Shown here one piece after another: positions 39,664-48,180 of a DNA stretch of 48,180 nucleotides. Source of the DNA: an uncultured Holosporaceae bacterium (GTDB lineage Bacteria > Pseudomonadota > Alphaproteobacteria > UBA7879 > UBA5542); the NCBI GenBank assembly GCA_964515175.1, contig CAZEUR010000002.1:9630-57809 (forward strand), in the 5' to 3' direction. The position numbers and the translations under genes were made by a program. The first letter of the stretch is position 1, and every line of letters begins with the position of its first letter. The notes beneath the pieces were generated by a model. That model saw nothing but the letters and a program-made list of their open reading frames with translations, had not been told where the DNA came from and searched no databases.

Positions 39664-41364
39664 TTGGCTCCTCATCTGGGACTTCTAGGGCTTTCTCTTC
39701 TTTTTATTTGTTGCTCAAGCCTAGTTCTTCTATGGCTTGGATATGGGCTTACTCATTTTATTGATCATGGGTTCAAATCTTATGGTGATCTTATTGAGTC
39801 TGTTGAAATTCTCGGAGCGACCATTGGACTACGGGCTGTCTTTAGTTATGGAGAGCTTTTTTTTACTTCTTTTTTGGCTGAAAGAGTGGGAATATCCCTG
39901 AGACAAGAACTGTTTCAAAAATTTCTAACATTTAATGGGGAGTTTTATGAGAAAAATACTGTCGGAGATCTTCTGTCAAAACTTGTCTACGATGTTAGTC
40001 TTATTGAGACGATGATTACTAATACACTCCCCTTGTTTGGGAGGAATCTAATTATTGCCGGTGGGGGGATCATTTTGCTGTTTTTGAGCAATCATGCGTT
40101 GGCATTAATTGCTCTTTTTGGATTTCCCTTGGTTCTTCTTCCTCTATTTTTCTTTGACCAAGGGAGACCCACGACGATCAGTCAACGATTTCAAAAAAAA
40201 TGGACAAGCGCCACGGCTCATGCAGAAGAAGTTCTGGGGGGCATTAAGACTGTGCAGGCTTTTGGCCAGGAAAATTTTGAAAAAGAAAAATTTGCAAACG
40301 AGCTTGTGCAGCGAATGAGAGATTCTTTCTATCATATGCGACTTAAAGGAATTATTGCCTTTTCCTCTATTGCTGTCGGGTTTTGTGTGGTGGGATTTGT
40401 TTTATGGTTTGGAGGAAAAGAAGTCCTATCCCATGAGATGACTGCAGGCCAACTAACATCTTTCGTTTTTTATGCACTTGCGGTGGTGAGCTATCTTGGG
40501 TACATCGGAGAGGGATGGAGCGACCTTGAAAATGGAAAAGAAGCAGCCACGGCTTTGAATGGAATTTTAGAAAGACATGACCAAAGTCCTTTGTTGGTGC
40601 CTTCGGGAGACTTAAAGGGAAAATCAACGGATCAAAGCATTAATTTTAAAGATGTAACCTTTTTTCATCCTCACTATCCAGAGAAAAAGATTCTCAATAA
40701 ACTCAATTTTTCCATACCTTTTGGGAAGACCGTGGCTCTCTTAGGGGCATCTGGATCAGGAAAGACAACTATTTTTGAATTGATGCTTCGATTTTGTGAC
40801 CCTCAAGAAGGGGAAATATTGCTGACAGGGAAACCCTTAAAGACAATTCCTTTGGAGGACCTTCGAAATGAAATGGGTTTAATATCTCAAGACTCTGTGA
40901 TTTTCTCAGGAACAGTGTATGAAAATATTGCCTATGGAGCGAAAGAGTATACAAAAGCGAAAGTGTTAAAAGCAGCGGCTGAAGCGGGTGTTTCCGTCTT
41001 TGTAAAAGAATTTCCGGATGGTATTCATGCGCCAGTGGGGCAACGGGGGGCCCTTCTCTCGAGCGGTCAACGGCAACGTATTATCATGGCCCGTATTTTT
41101 CTGAAAAATCCAAATATTTTGTTGTTGGATGAGCCTGTAAATTTCTTATCATTTTCTAATAAAAAAGCTAATTGGCTAGAGGCGCGACGAAAAGAGAAGA
41201 AAACCACAGTGGTGATTGCCCATCATCTTTCGACAGTAAAAAGTGCCGATCTTATCGTGGTTTTAGAGCAAGGATCAGCTGTTGCTGTTGGTACCCACAA
41301 AGAATTACTTAAAAAATCAAAGCTCTATAAAAATTTGATTGAGGTAACTTTGGTGCAAGATTAA
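39664..41364 (+). CDS. ABC exporter, fused permease-ATPase (ABCB/MsbA-like), with atypical D-loop region
   Basis: A six-TM domain then an NBD with GASGSGKTT, LSSGQRQRIIMAR and LLLDEP. The usual (A)TSALD after Walker B is replaced by VNFLSFSNKK. The start is uncertain: the TTG at 39664 is the first canonical start, but conserved-looking in-frame sequence continues upstream to the TAG at 39595. Confidence 0.8.
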   Translation: MAPHLGLLGLSLLFICCSSLVLLWLGYGLTHFIDHGFKSYGDLIESVEILGATIGLRAVFSYGELFFTSFLAERVGISLRQELFQKFLTFNGEFYEKNTVGDLLSKLVYDVSLIETMITNTLPLFGRNLIIAGGGIILLFLSNHALALIALFGFPLVLLPLFFFDQGRPTTISQRFQKKWTSATAHAEEVLGGIKTVQAFGQENFEKEKFANELVQRMRDSFYHMRLKGIIAFSSIAVGFCVVGFVLWFGGKEVLSHEMTAGQLTSFVFYALAVVSYLGYIGEGWSDLENGKEAATALNGILERHDQSPLLVPSGDLKGKSTDQSINFKDVTFFHPHYPEKKILNKLNFSIPFGKTVALLGASGSGKTTIFELMLRFCDPQEGEILLTGKPLKTIPLEDLRNEMGLISQDSVIFSGTVYENIAYGAKEYTKAKVLKAAAEAGVSVFVKEFPDGIHAPVGQRGALLSSGQRQRIIMARIFLKNPNILLLDEPVNFLSFSNKKANWLEARRKEKKTTVVIAHHLSTVKSADLIVVLEQGSAVAVGTHKELLKKSKLYKNLIEVTLVQD

Positions 41365-41373
41365 CCCATTAAG

Positions 41374-42078
41374 ATGTCTCAAAAAACAGAAGAAGTCAGA
41401 ACCCTTTTTGATGGGGTGGCCACATCTTACGATCTTATGAATGATCTCATGAGTTTGGGGCTTCATCGACATTGGAAACAAGAGTTTGTAAATCTCATAC
41501 CGAAAACACCGACGATGACGTTGTTGGATGTGGCGGGGGGTACGGGAGATATTGTAACTCGGTTCCTGAAGGGGGCCCAAAATCTGAACCCAAAGATAAC
41601 TGTTCTTGATTTGAGTCCTGAGATGATTCAAAAAGGTCAGGATGGGATGGTGGACGCTAATACTTTTTACCCCATTGAATGGGTAGAGGGGTCAGCGGAA
41701 GATATTCCTTTTGAAGATAATTCTTTTGATGTTGTCACGATTTCTTTTGGACTGAGGAATGTGGTGAATCGCAGGCTTGCCCTTCAAGAGATGCATCGGA
41801 TATTAAAACCGGGCGGTTCTTTTTTGTGTTTAGAGTTTAGTAAGCCATCTGAAGATATTGCGTCTTTGTATGATTTATATTCTTTCTGTGTCATTCCTTT
41901 TTTGGGAAAAATGGTGGCGCAAAATAAAGAGGCCTATGACTATCTTGTGGACAGTATTCGGAAGTTCCCTTCCCAAGAAGAGTTGGCTGAAATGATGAGG
42001 GAAGCCGGCTTTAAAAATGTAATTTATTCTGACCTGTCAAAGGGCGTTGTGGCTATTCACCGAGGATGGAAACTCTAA
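41374..42078 (+). CDS. ubiE: Ubiquinone/menaquinone C-methyltransferase UbiE
   Basis: FDGVATSYDLMNDLMSLGLHRHWK, SAM motif LDVAGGTGD, ISFGLRNV and LKPGG. Confidence 0.94.
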   Translation: MSQKTEEVRTLFDGVATSYDLMNDLMSLGLHRHWKQEFVNLIPKTPTMTLLDVAGGTGDIVTRFLKGAQNLNPKITVLDLSPEMIQKGQDGMVDANTFYPIEWVEGSAEDIPFEDNSFDVVTISFGLRNVVNRRLALQEMHRILKPGGSFLCLEFSKPSEDIASLYDLYSFCVIPFLGKMVAQNKEAYDYLVDSIRKFPSQEELAEMMREAGFKNVIYSDLSKGVVAIHRGWKL

Positions 42079-42146
42079 CCACTCTTGAAATTTTTTCCTA
42101 AGTTCCTACATATCACCTAGTTTTTTTATTTATTAATAGGATTTCT

Positions 42147-43631
42147 ATGCGGGTATTTTATATCTTTATTTCTGTTTTACTGACCTTAGCAGGGTCGCCT
42201 TGTGCTTGGGTTGCTGCGGCGGAAGAGGGGGAACGAGGCATCCCTGAAATTCCAATTGCTCAGAGAATTTATCGGGAGAGACAGCCTGAGACCTACCAAG
42301 AAATCATGGAGGCAGTTGAGAGCATTGCAGAATCAAGAATAGCTTATAATGCCCAATTAAAAGCGTATTTAACGAGTAAAGATGTTTCCGTGGCAGATAA
42401 ACAAGAATTAACGGCTAGGCTATGGGATTCTTATCGAGACGAAAGGGTGCTTAGGAAATTTCTAGAAGGCTGCGATGGAGATATAAAAAGGTGGCAGACT
42501 ATCAAAGATCACGGAGAGGATTTCAAGCTTTTGTCTGTAGTTGGACCTTTGTGGATTGATAGAGAGGAAGAGAAAATTACAAAAAGACAAGGGAGAGTTC
42601 CTGATGGGGATGTTCGTGAAAGTATTTTTTTAACAGAATGTTATTTATACCTAAAAAATATTTATGGCTTTAAATTTTCTATGCGGGAAGATGTAACCAA
42701 TTCAATATTATCTCCTTCTTATTTTTACAACCTGAAAAACTACTTATTGAGAAAATTTAAAGCAGAGGGCGAGTTTATACAAAAGGTTGAGCCTATCTTG
42801 AATGATGAGCTTAGAAAGAAACACATCTTTTTGAAGGGACAGATCACGTTCTTTGATGGACTCATGACCAATGCTGTAAAAAAGTATGAGGCAACATCAA
42901 AACATGTCAGACAAATGCAATCAAAACATTTTTTGCGCCTACCCCTTGAAGAACGTCAAAAACTTATAATAGAAGCTCTTGCCCCCCTTAATGGAGAATT
43001 TGTTCCTTGTTATCAGCGGCTTACTAGTTTCAGAAACGTCTGGCTAAGATTTTTGAGCGATTTTCAGAAATTTGGTGAGATATTCTTTCAGCAGAAGAGC
43101 CTGGAAGAACAGAGGGTGCTTTACCAAGAAGCCGTTCCTACCGCTTCTGAGGAGAAACCATTAGTGAGATTGGTAACAGGGGAAAAACCTGAGATTTCTG
43201 TACAAGAAGCTTTGGGCGGTTTTGAAGAGGAGAAAGAGAGTTATCCTCAAACGAGAGAAGAGTGGAAAAAGCTCAATGGACAATTTTCTGCCATGAAAAC
43301 GCAAAACGTACCACAAGCAGCTGCAGCATTAGCCGTTCAAAATACCCAGTTTGATGATAGAACCGTTTCAGAAGTAGGATTGTTTGTGTCAGAATTCGCA
43401 AAGGCACGGGCTTTTAAATATGCGGATATGAATACTATTTTTAATTTGCTCCGCATGGCACCACAACCCCATGGACATAACAATCTCTCCATAAAAATAC
43501 CGAAAAAAAAGGGGAATGGTTTTGTGATTCGTTTCTATGATAGACCCCATGGCTCAAATGAAGGACTCAATGCTTTCTGGCGTTGGGCTTTTAAAGATGG
43601 GTTCCAAGAAGCTGGGTGGATTCAGCAATAA
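42147..43631 (+). CDS. Hypothetical secreted protein (orphan, 494 aa)
   Basis: Signal-peptide-like MRVFYIFISVLLTLAGSPCAWVAAA, then a long charged, helical-looking region with no recognisable enzymatic motif. It has its own strong terminator downstream. Confidence 0.65.
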   Translation: MRVFYIFISVLLTLAGSPCAWVAAAEEGERGIPEIPIAQRIYRERQPETYQEIMEAVESIAESRIAYNAQLKAYLTSKDVSVADKQELTARLWDSYRDERVLRKFLEGCDGDIKRWQTIKDHGEDFKLLSVVGPLWIDREEEKITKRQGRVPDGDVRESIFLTECYLYLKNIYGFKFSMREDVTNSILSPSYFYNLKNYLLRKFKAEGEFIQKVEPILNDELRKKHIFLKGQITFFDGLMTNAVKKYEATSKHVRQMQSKHFLRLPLEERQKLIIEALAPLNGEFVPCYQRLTSFRNVWLRFLSDFQKFGEIFFQQKSLEEQRVLYQEAVPTASEEKPLVRLVTGEKPEISVQEALGGFEEEKESYPQTREEWKKLNGQFSAMKTQNVPQAAAALAVQNTQFDDRTVSEVGLFVSEFAKARAFKYADMNTIFNLLRMAPQPHGHNNLSIKIPKKKGNGFVIRFYDRPHGSNEGLNAFWRWAFKDGFQEAGWIQQ

Positions 43632-43668
43632 CGTACAGTTTTTGACACCCTTAAGGATTCCATATTAC

Positions 43669-43704
43669 AAACCATGAAGTGACACTTCATGGTTTATGGT
43701 TTTT
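43669..43704 (+). terminator. Rho-independent terminator after the 494-aa orphan gene
   Basis: AAACCATGAAGTG-A-CACTTCATGGTTT is a near-perfect palindrome (43669-43695) followed by ATGGTTTTT. It lies inside the track's N-terminal extension of the dut ORF. Confidence 0.65.
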
Positions 43705-43760
43705 CCCATTCCCTTCTGAATCAGAACTCTTTACAATGGGCCTCAAATTATGAGGACCAA

Positions 43761-44216
43761 ATGACATCACAGACCATTAAAATACATGTTTTAGAAAACG
43801 GCAAAGCGCTTGATTTGCCATCCTATGCAACATCCCAAAGTGCGGGACTCGACCTGCGGGCTGCAATTGTTGACGAGGTAGTTTTAAATCCAGGAGAGCG
43901 TGGCGTGATCCCCACAGGGTTTTGTTTGGAATTACCGGATGGATTTGAGGCTCAAATTCGAGCCCGCTCAGGACTTTCGGCTAAACATGGGATTACGATT
44001 CTGAATGCGCCGGGCACCATTGATCCGGACTACCGAGGCGAAGTTAAAGGAATCATAATTAATTTGGGGCATGAACCTTTTACCATTACACCAGGTCTTA
44101 AATTTGCACAGATGGTGATTGCGCCCTTCACACGGGTTTCTTGGGAGTCGGTTGAGGCTTTTGATCTGGCAGAGACTCAACGAGGAACTGGGGGATTTGG
44201 GTCTACGGGTAAATAA
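43761..44216 (+). CDS. dut: dUTP diphosphatase
   Basis: SAGLDLRA, IPTGF, RSGLS, GTIDPDYRGE and C-terminal QRGTGGFGSTGK. The start at 43761 (GAGGA 5 nt upstream) gives the usual ~151 aa. Confidence 0.94.
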   Translation: MTSQTIKIHVLENGKALDLPSYATSQSAGLDLRAAIVDEVVLNPGERGVIPTGFCLELPDGFEAQIRARSGLSAKHGITILNAPGTIDPDYRGEVKGIIINLGHEPFTITPGLKFAQMVIAPFTRVSWESVEAFDLAETQRGTGGFGSTGK

Positions 44217-44219
44217 TCT

Positions 44220-46808
44220 ATGAAGGATCCCCAGCTCAGTCTTCTTTCTGCCCCAACGCTTACTCCTATGGTGCGGCAGTATCAGGATATCAAGAAAAAT
44301 TATCAGGATTGTTTGTTGCTTTTTCGCTTAGGTGATTTTTATGAATTATTCTTTCAAGATGCCATAACTGCAGCTGCGGCCCTCGACATTACTCTTACCA
44401 AAAGAGCAGAAGATATGCCCATGTGCGGCATTCCTTTCCATGCTGCAGATAATTATATTGCCCGTCTCATCCGCCAAGGGTTTAAGGTAGCCATCTGCGA
44501 GCAATTGGAGACCCCGGAAGAAGCCAAAAAGCGAGGTCATAAATCCATTGTAAAGCGTGATGTGGTGCGGCTCATTACGGCAGGTACATTGACAGAAGAC
44601 ACATTGCTCGACGCCAAACAAAATAACTTTCTTGTGGCCTTGTGTTCTGGAAAAAATAGCATCGGACTGGCGGCTGTTGATATTTCAACACGAGAATTCT
44701 TTTTGGAAAGTGTTTCTTTAGAAAGTCTGGAAGGAGCGTTGGGGAGGCTAAACCCTAAGGAGATTTTGTTGTCTCAAAAAATGATCCAGAACCCGGATTT
44801 ATTTGAGTGCCTGAGTTCCTATAAAACAAGTCTTACTCCGCAGGTGGAAAGCCGATTTGATTTAGAGAATGGACGACTTCGGCTGGAGTCTTTTTTTGAG
44901 GTCGCAAGTTTGGAAGTTTTTGGAAGCTTCTCGGACTTAGAACTAAAAGCAGCAGGTGCTATTTTGGACTATGTGTCTTTGACACAAAGAGGAGGGACCT
45001 TGCCTCTGCGATCTCCGACGAAACTGATAGCCCGAAATTTTCTTCAAATTGATCCTTCAACTCAACGAAATCTAGAGCTTTATGCGACCCTGAGGGGAGA
45101 AAAGAAAGGAAGTTTTCTTTCTTCCATTGATCGTACGGTAACAGCAGGGGGCGCGCGCCTTTTGGCAAGAACCTTAGCTTTCCCTATGACAAGTGCGGTA
45201 GCCATTAATGAACGGCTTAATCAGGTGGGTTGGTTTGTCGATCACTTAAATATTGCAAAAGAGTTACGTCAGATTCTTGAAAAGTGTCCCGATGGAGAAC
45301 GGGTCTTCTCACGGCTCAGCCTTGATCGGGGTGGTCCGCGAGATCTTTTGGCCATCAAAGGATTGATGGAAGCAGGACAGGCGATCGCTGTTCTTTTTAA
45401 GTCGTCTGCGACAGATTCTTTGGGGAAAATCTTGAATCCCATAAAAATTCCTGATGGCTTTTTAGACAAATTGAGTCGGGCGCTTGATGAAACAACGCCT
45501 TTGCTGGCAAGGGATGGGGGTTTTATTAAAGCCGGATATCTGGATGAACTGGATATCCTTAGAAGCTTAAGAGATGATAGCCATCAGACCATTGTCGCGC
45601 TTCAAATGCGATATGCCCAAGAGACGGGTATTAATTCCCTCAAAATCAAATACAATAATATTTTAGGCTACTATATTGAAACAACAATAGCCCATAAGGA
45701 CCGTATTCCAGATACCTTTATTCATCGACAGACGCTGGTGAATGGCATGCGGTTTACAACCCCCGAACTTGCTGAGATTCAAGAAAAACTGAATACAGCA
45801 GCGGCGAAAGCTTTGGCTCTTGAGTTGGGCTTATTTAAGGAGTTTGTGCAGGAAACTTTGCTGTATGGAGAGGACCTTACTCTCCTGGCTCAGACAATTG
45901 CGCTTTTGGATATGCTAAGTTCTTTTGCTATTCTTGCGGTGACGGAAAACTACTGTTGCCCCATTGTGGATGAAAGCCTCAATTTTACTTTAAAAGACGG
46001 TCGTCATCCTGTGGTGGAGTCCATGCTGAAGAGTCAAGGGCAGTCCTTTGTTCCCAATGATATTAGCTTAACGCGGAATAAATATCTTTGGCTTTTAACG
46101 GGTCCAAATATGGCGGGGAAGAGTACCTATCTTCGACAAAATGCACTCCTGATTATTCTAGCTCAAATGGGGTCTTATGTTCCGGCAGCAGAGGCCCATA
46201 TTGGCATCGTGGATCGCCTTTTTAGTCGTGTGGGGGCCTCCGATGACTTGGCCCGTGGGCGCTCCACATTCATGGTGGAGATGGTGGAAACGGCGGCCAT
46301 TCTGAATCAAGCAACAGAAAGATCTTTTGTGATTCTCGATGAATTGGGACGGGGTACTTCTACCTATGACGGGGTGTCTCTTGCCTGGGCAACTGCGGAA
46401 TTTCTTCATACAGAAAACAAAAGCCGAGGACTATTTGCAACGCATTATCATGAGTTGACTTCCTTAGAAAAATCCTTAGAACATATGGCCTGCTATACGG
46501 TCCAGATTAAGGAGTGGGAAGGTAAGGTTGTTTTCTTACATCGCGTGGTGCCAGGGTACGCCGATCGGTCCTATGGGATTCATGTGGCAGCGCTCGCAGG
46601 GCTTCCGAAATCGGTTATCCAGAGAGCCCAGCAGATTCTTGAATCTTTGGAAGATAAAAAACACATAACAAAAGATTTGACACCTAGTTCTCTGACGCCT
46701 GACGAAAATCCTATGCTAGACTCTTTAAAGGATCTCGATCCAGATGCCTTAACACCTCGGGAGGCGTTAGATTTTTTGTATACCCTAAAAGAGCTTAGAA
46801 AAGCATGA
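44220..46808 (+). CDS. mutS: DNA mismatch repair protein MutS
   Basis: TPMVRQYQDIK, FYELFFQDA, GPNMAGKSTYLRQ, ILDELGRGTSTYDG and FATHYHELT. 862 aa. Confidence 0.97.
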   Translation: MKDPQLSLLSAPTLTPMVRQYQDIKKNYQDCLLLFRLGDFYELFFQDAITAAAALDITLTKRAEDMPMCGIPFHAADNYIARLIRQGFKVAICEQLETPEEAKKRGHKSIVKRDVVRLITAGTLTEDTLLDAKQNNFLVALCSGKNSIGLAAVDISTREFFLESVSLESLEGALGRLNPKEILLSQKMIQNPDLFECLSSYKTSLTPQVESRFDLENGRLRLESFFEVASLEVFGSFSDLELKAAGAILDYVSLTQRGGTLPLRSPTKLIARNFLQIDPSTQRNLELYATLRGEKKGSFLSSIDRTVTAGGARLLARTLAFPMTSAVAINERLNQVGWFVDHLNIAKELRQILEKCPDGERVFSRLSLDRGGPRDLLAIKGLMEAGQAIAVLFKSSATDSLGKILNPIKIPDGFLDKLSRALDETTPLLARDGGFIKAGYLDELDILRSLRDDSHQTIVALQMRYAQETGINSLKIKYNNILGYYIETTIAHKDRIPDTFIHRQTLVNGMRFTTPELAEIQEKLNTAAAKALALELGLFKEFVQETLLYGEDLTLLAQTIALLDMLSSFAILAVTENYCCPIVDESLNFTLKDGRHPVVESMLKSQGQSFVPNDISLTRNKYLWLLTGPNMAGKSTYLRQNALLIILAQMGSYVPAAEAHIGIVDRLFSRVGASDDLARGRSTFMVEMVETAAILNQATERSFVILDELGRGTSTYDGVSLAWATAEFLHTENKSRGLFATHYHELTSLEKSLEHMACYTVQIKEWEGKVVFLHRVVPGYADRSYGIHVAALAGLPKSVIQRAQQILESLEDKKHITKDLTPSSLTPDENPMLDSLKDLDPDALTPREALDFLYTLKELRKA

Positions 46809-47704
46809 AAATATTTCAAACCCTTAGCCCCACAACCAAAGGGATACTCTGGATCTTGTCTACGAAATTCTCCTTCGTCGTGATGATGTCTATTGTGAAG
46901 GAATTTCTTATCTATCCCTCTTTGCAAATGAACTTTATTCGTTCCATCCTTGTTCTGGCGGTTGTCTTGCCTATTTTACTTAAAACGGGGAGGCAGGCTT
47001 TTATGACAAAATGGCCTCTGTATCAATTGATAAGAGTTGTTCTTGGTGCCATGGCAATGATTAGTTTTTTCTATGCCTATAGGGTATTGCCCATGGCGAA
47101 AGCGAGTGCTTTAAATTTCTCATTTGCTTTGGTTCTGCCCTTCATGGCTATTTTATTCCTTAAGGAAAAAGTGACATGGCAACGGTGGGCTGTGATTCTG
47201 GTGGGATACATGGGTATGTGGATTATTATAGACCCTGTTTTTGATCAGTTCGAAGGGGCTGAAGGCATTATGCTTTTTGGAGTTGCGTGCTTGGCAGGGG
47301 ATTCTCTCCAAGTGAAAAAAATCAAAACGGATTCCCCCTATACCATGATGTTTTATTCTGCATGCGCGACGCTTGTTTTATTGGGCGTCTATTTCTTGGT
47401 TATTCCTCATTTTCCAAACCTTCAAAATGAGTTTTTGATGCCGTGGAAACCTTTGGAAGCTCAACATATTCCGATTTTTCTAGGTTTGGGGGGCATTGCG
47501 TTTTTTGGTCAATACAGCTATGTGCATGCGTACCGTCAGAATCGCCTCAATTTTGTGGCCGGATTTGATTATATCAAGCTTGTTTTTGGAACCCTTATAG
47601 GGCTTCTTTTCTTTGGAGAAATTCCAGGGTGGGATACGCTCCTGGGAGGATTTGTTATTTTGGCATGTAGTTATCTTTTGGCCAAACAAGAATCGAAAGC
47701 TTAG
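46805..47704 (+). CDS. EamA/DMT-superfamily transporter
   Basis: 299 aa with ten hydrophobic segments in two similar halves, typical of EamA-domain proteins. The ATG overlaps the mutS stop (ATGA). The substrate is unknown. Confidence 0.75.
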   Translation: MKIFQTLSPTTKGILWILSTKFSFVVMMSIVKEFLIYPSLQMNFIRSILVLAVVLPILLKTGRQAFMTKWPLYQLIRVVLGAMAMISFFYAYRVLPMAKASALNFSFALVLPFMAILFLKEKVTWQRWAVILVGYMGMWIIIDPVFDQFEGAEGIMLFGVACLAGDSLQVKKIKTDSPYTMMFYSACATLVLLGVYFLVIPHFPNLQNEFLMPWKPLEAQHIPIFLGLGGIAFFGQYSYVHAYRQNRLNFVAGFDYIKLVFGTLIGLLFFGEIPGWDTLLGGFVILACSYLLAKQESKA

Positions 47705-47706
47705 TT

Positions 47707-48180
47707 ATGGCTGATATTCCCATTACAATCACTCCAGATCTTTACGCTTATTATAAAGAGATCGGATTTCGAGAGCCGCTTCTTTTGCAAGAGCTTCGCT
47801 TTTTCATGGAAAAGCACCCTCAGTCCCATATGTCGGTAAGTCCTGAGGTAGGGCAACTTCTGGCTTTTCTCGTGAGGCTTATGCGACCAAAGGTTATTTT
47901 GGAGGTGGGGACTTTTGTTGGGTATAGTACCTTGGCCATGGCATTGGAGCTTGGATCAGAGGCTAAGATTATCACCTGTGATAGGGATGCAGTTTTGCCA
48001 AAGATGGGGATGCCTTTTTGGGAAAAGTCGGGCCGGAACTCTCAGATTGAATTTAAATTGGGGAATGCTCTACAAACTTTATCGGGGCTTGCGGATCAAG
48101 ATTTTAAGTGCGATCTGATGTTTATTGATGCGGATAAAAATGCCTACGATCAGTACTATGAGTATGGTCTTTTATTTTTG
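47707..48180 (+). CDS. Class I SAM-dependent O-methyltransferase (family 3, caffeoyl-CoA OMT-like), 3' end cut by the window
   Basis: My own translation from the ATG at 47707 gives MADIPITITPDLYAYYKEIGFREP...PEVGQLLAFLVRLMRPKVILEVGTFVGYSTLAMA...FIDADKNAYDQYYEYG, open to the end of the window. This ORF is absent from the track because it has no stop. Confidence 0.8.
   Translation, partial: MADIPITITPDLYAYYKEIGFREPLLLQELRFFMEKHPQSHMSVSPEVGQLLAFLVRLMRPKVILEVGTFVGYSTLAMALELGSEAKIITCDRDAVLPKMGMPFWEKSGRNSQIEFKLGNALQTLSGLADQDFKCDLMFIDADKNAYDQYYEYGLLFL

Noticed and set aside
43689-43760. N-terminal extension of the dut ORF as given in the track
   Set aside because: The extension begins inside the terminator hairpin of the upstream gene. 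The ATG at 43761 has a proper GAGGA RBS and gives a canonical-length dUTPase.

Overview
This 48.2-kb window is an almost fully coding chromosomal segment. Gene content suggests an alphaproteobacterium: an Atm1-type ABC exporter, a two-domain Nfu, ubiA/ubiE, SecB, and tailed ribosomal proteins S16 and L19. An eroded LPS gene, a decayed IS, a Sel1-repeat protein and several signal-peptide orphans suggest an intracellular or symbiont-like lifestyle. Both the taxon and the lifestyle are inference, not proven.

The core genes, in order, are:
- dnaN-recF-gyrB, a class A PBP, tdk, an Atm1-like exporter, uvrA and ftsK
- photolyase, a ProP-like MFS transporter, a compact ABC-F, rnhA and sfsA-map-radC
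- tRNA-Leu(UAA), a porin, a small lipoprotein, ubiA and rsmE
- a GT8 glycosyltransferase, a carboxylesterase and a CDGSH mini-protein
- ffh-rpsP-rimM-trmD-rplS, Nfu and secB
- an ABCB exporter, ubiE, dut, mutS, an EamA transporter and an O-methyltransferase cut by the window end

The accessory or unusual content is:
- A PIN/Phd toxin-antitoxin cassette sits directly upstream of dnaN, next to a 38-nt direct repeat at the window edge.
- A multiply frameshifted GT9 heptosyltransferase pseudogene follows the Atm1-like exporter.
- A roughly 4.9-kb islet lies between radC and tRNA-Leu. Its Sel1-repeat gene is bracketed by a 29-bp direct repeat. Matching IS982-like terminal inverted repeats enclose both a decayed transposase and an intact cation/proton antiporter.
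- Three signal-peptide orphan genes (27144-28259, 38338-39048, 42147-43631) are inserted singly between housekeeping genes.

I saw no CRISPR array, rRNA, prophage or integrase. I could not identify a clear multi-gene novel system. The best leads are the IR-bracketed antiporter/IS unit, the compact ABC-F with its structured leader, and the orphan secreted proteins. All homology calls come from motif recognition by eye, and no database search was run.
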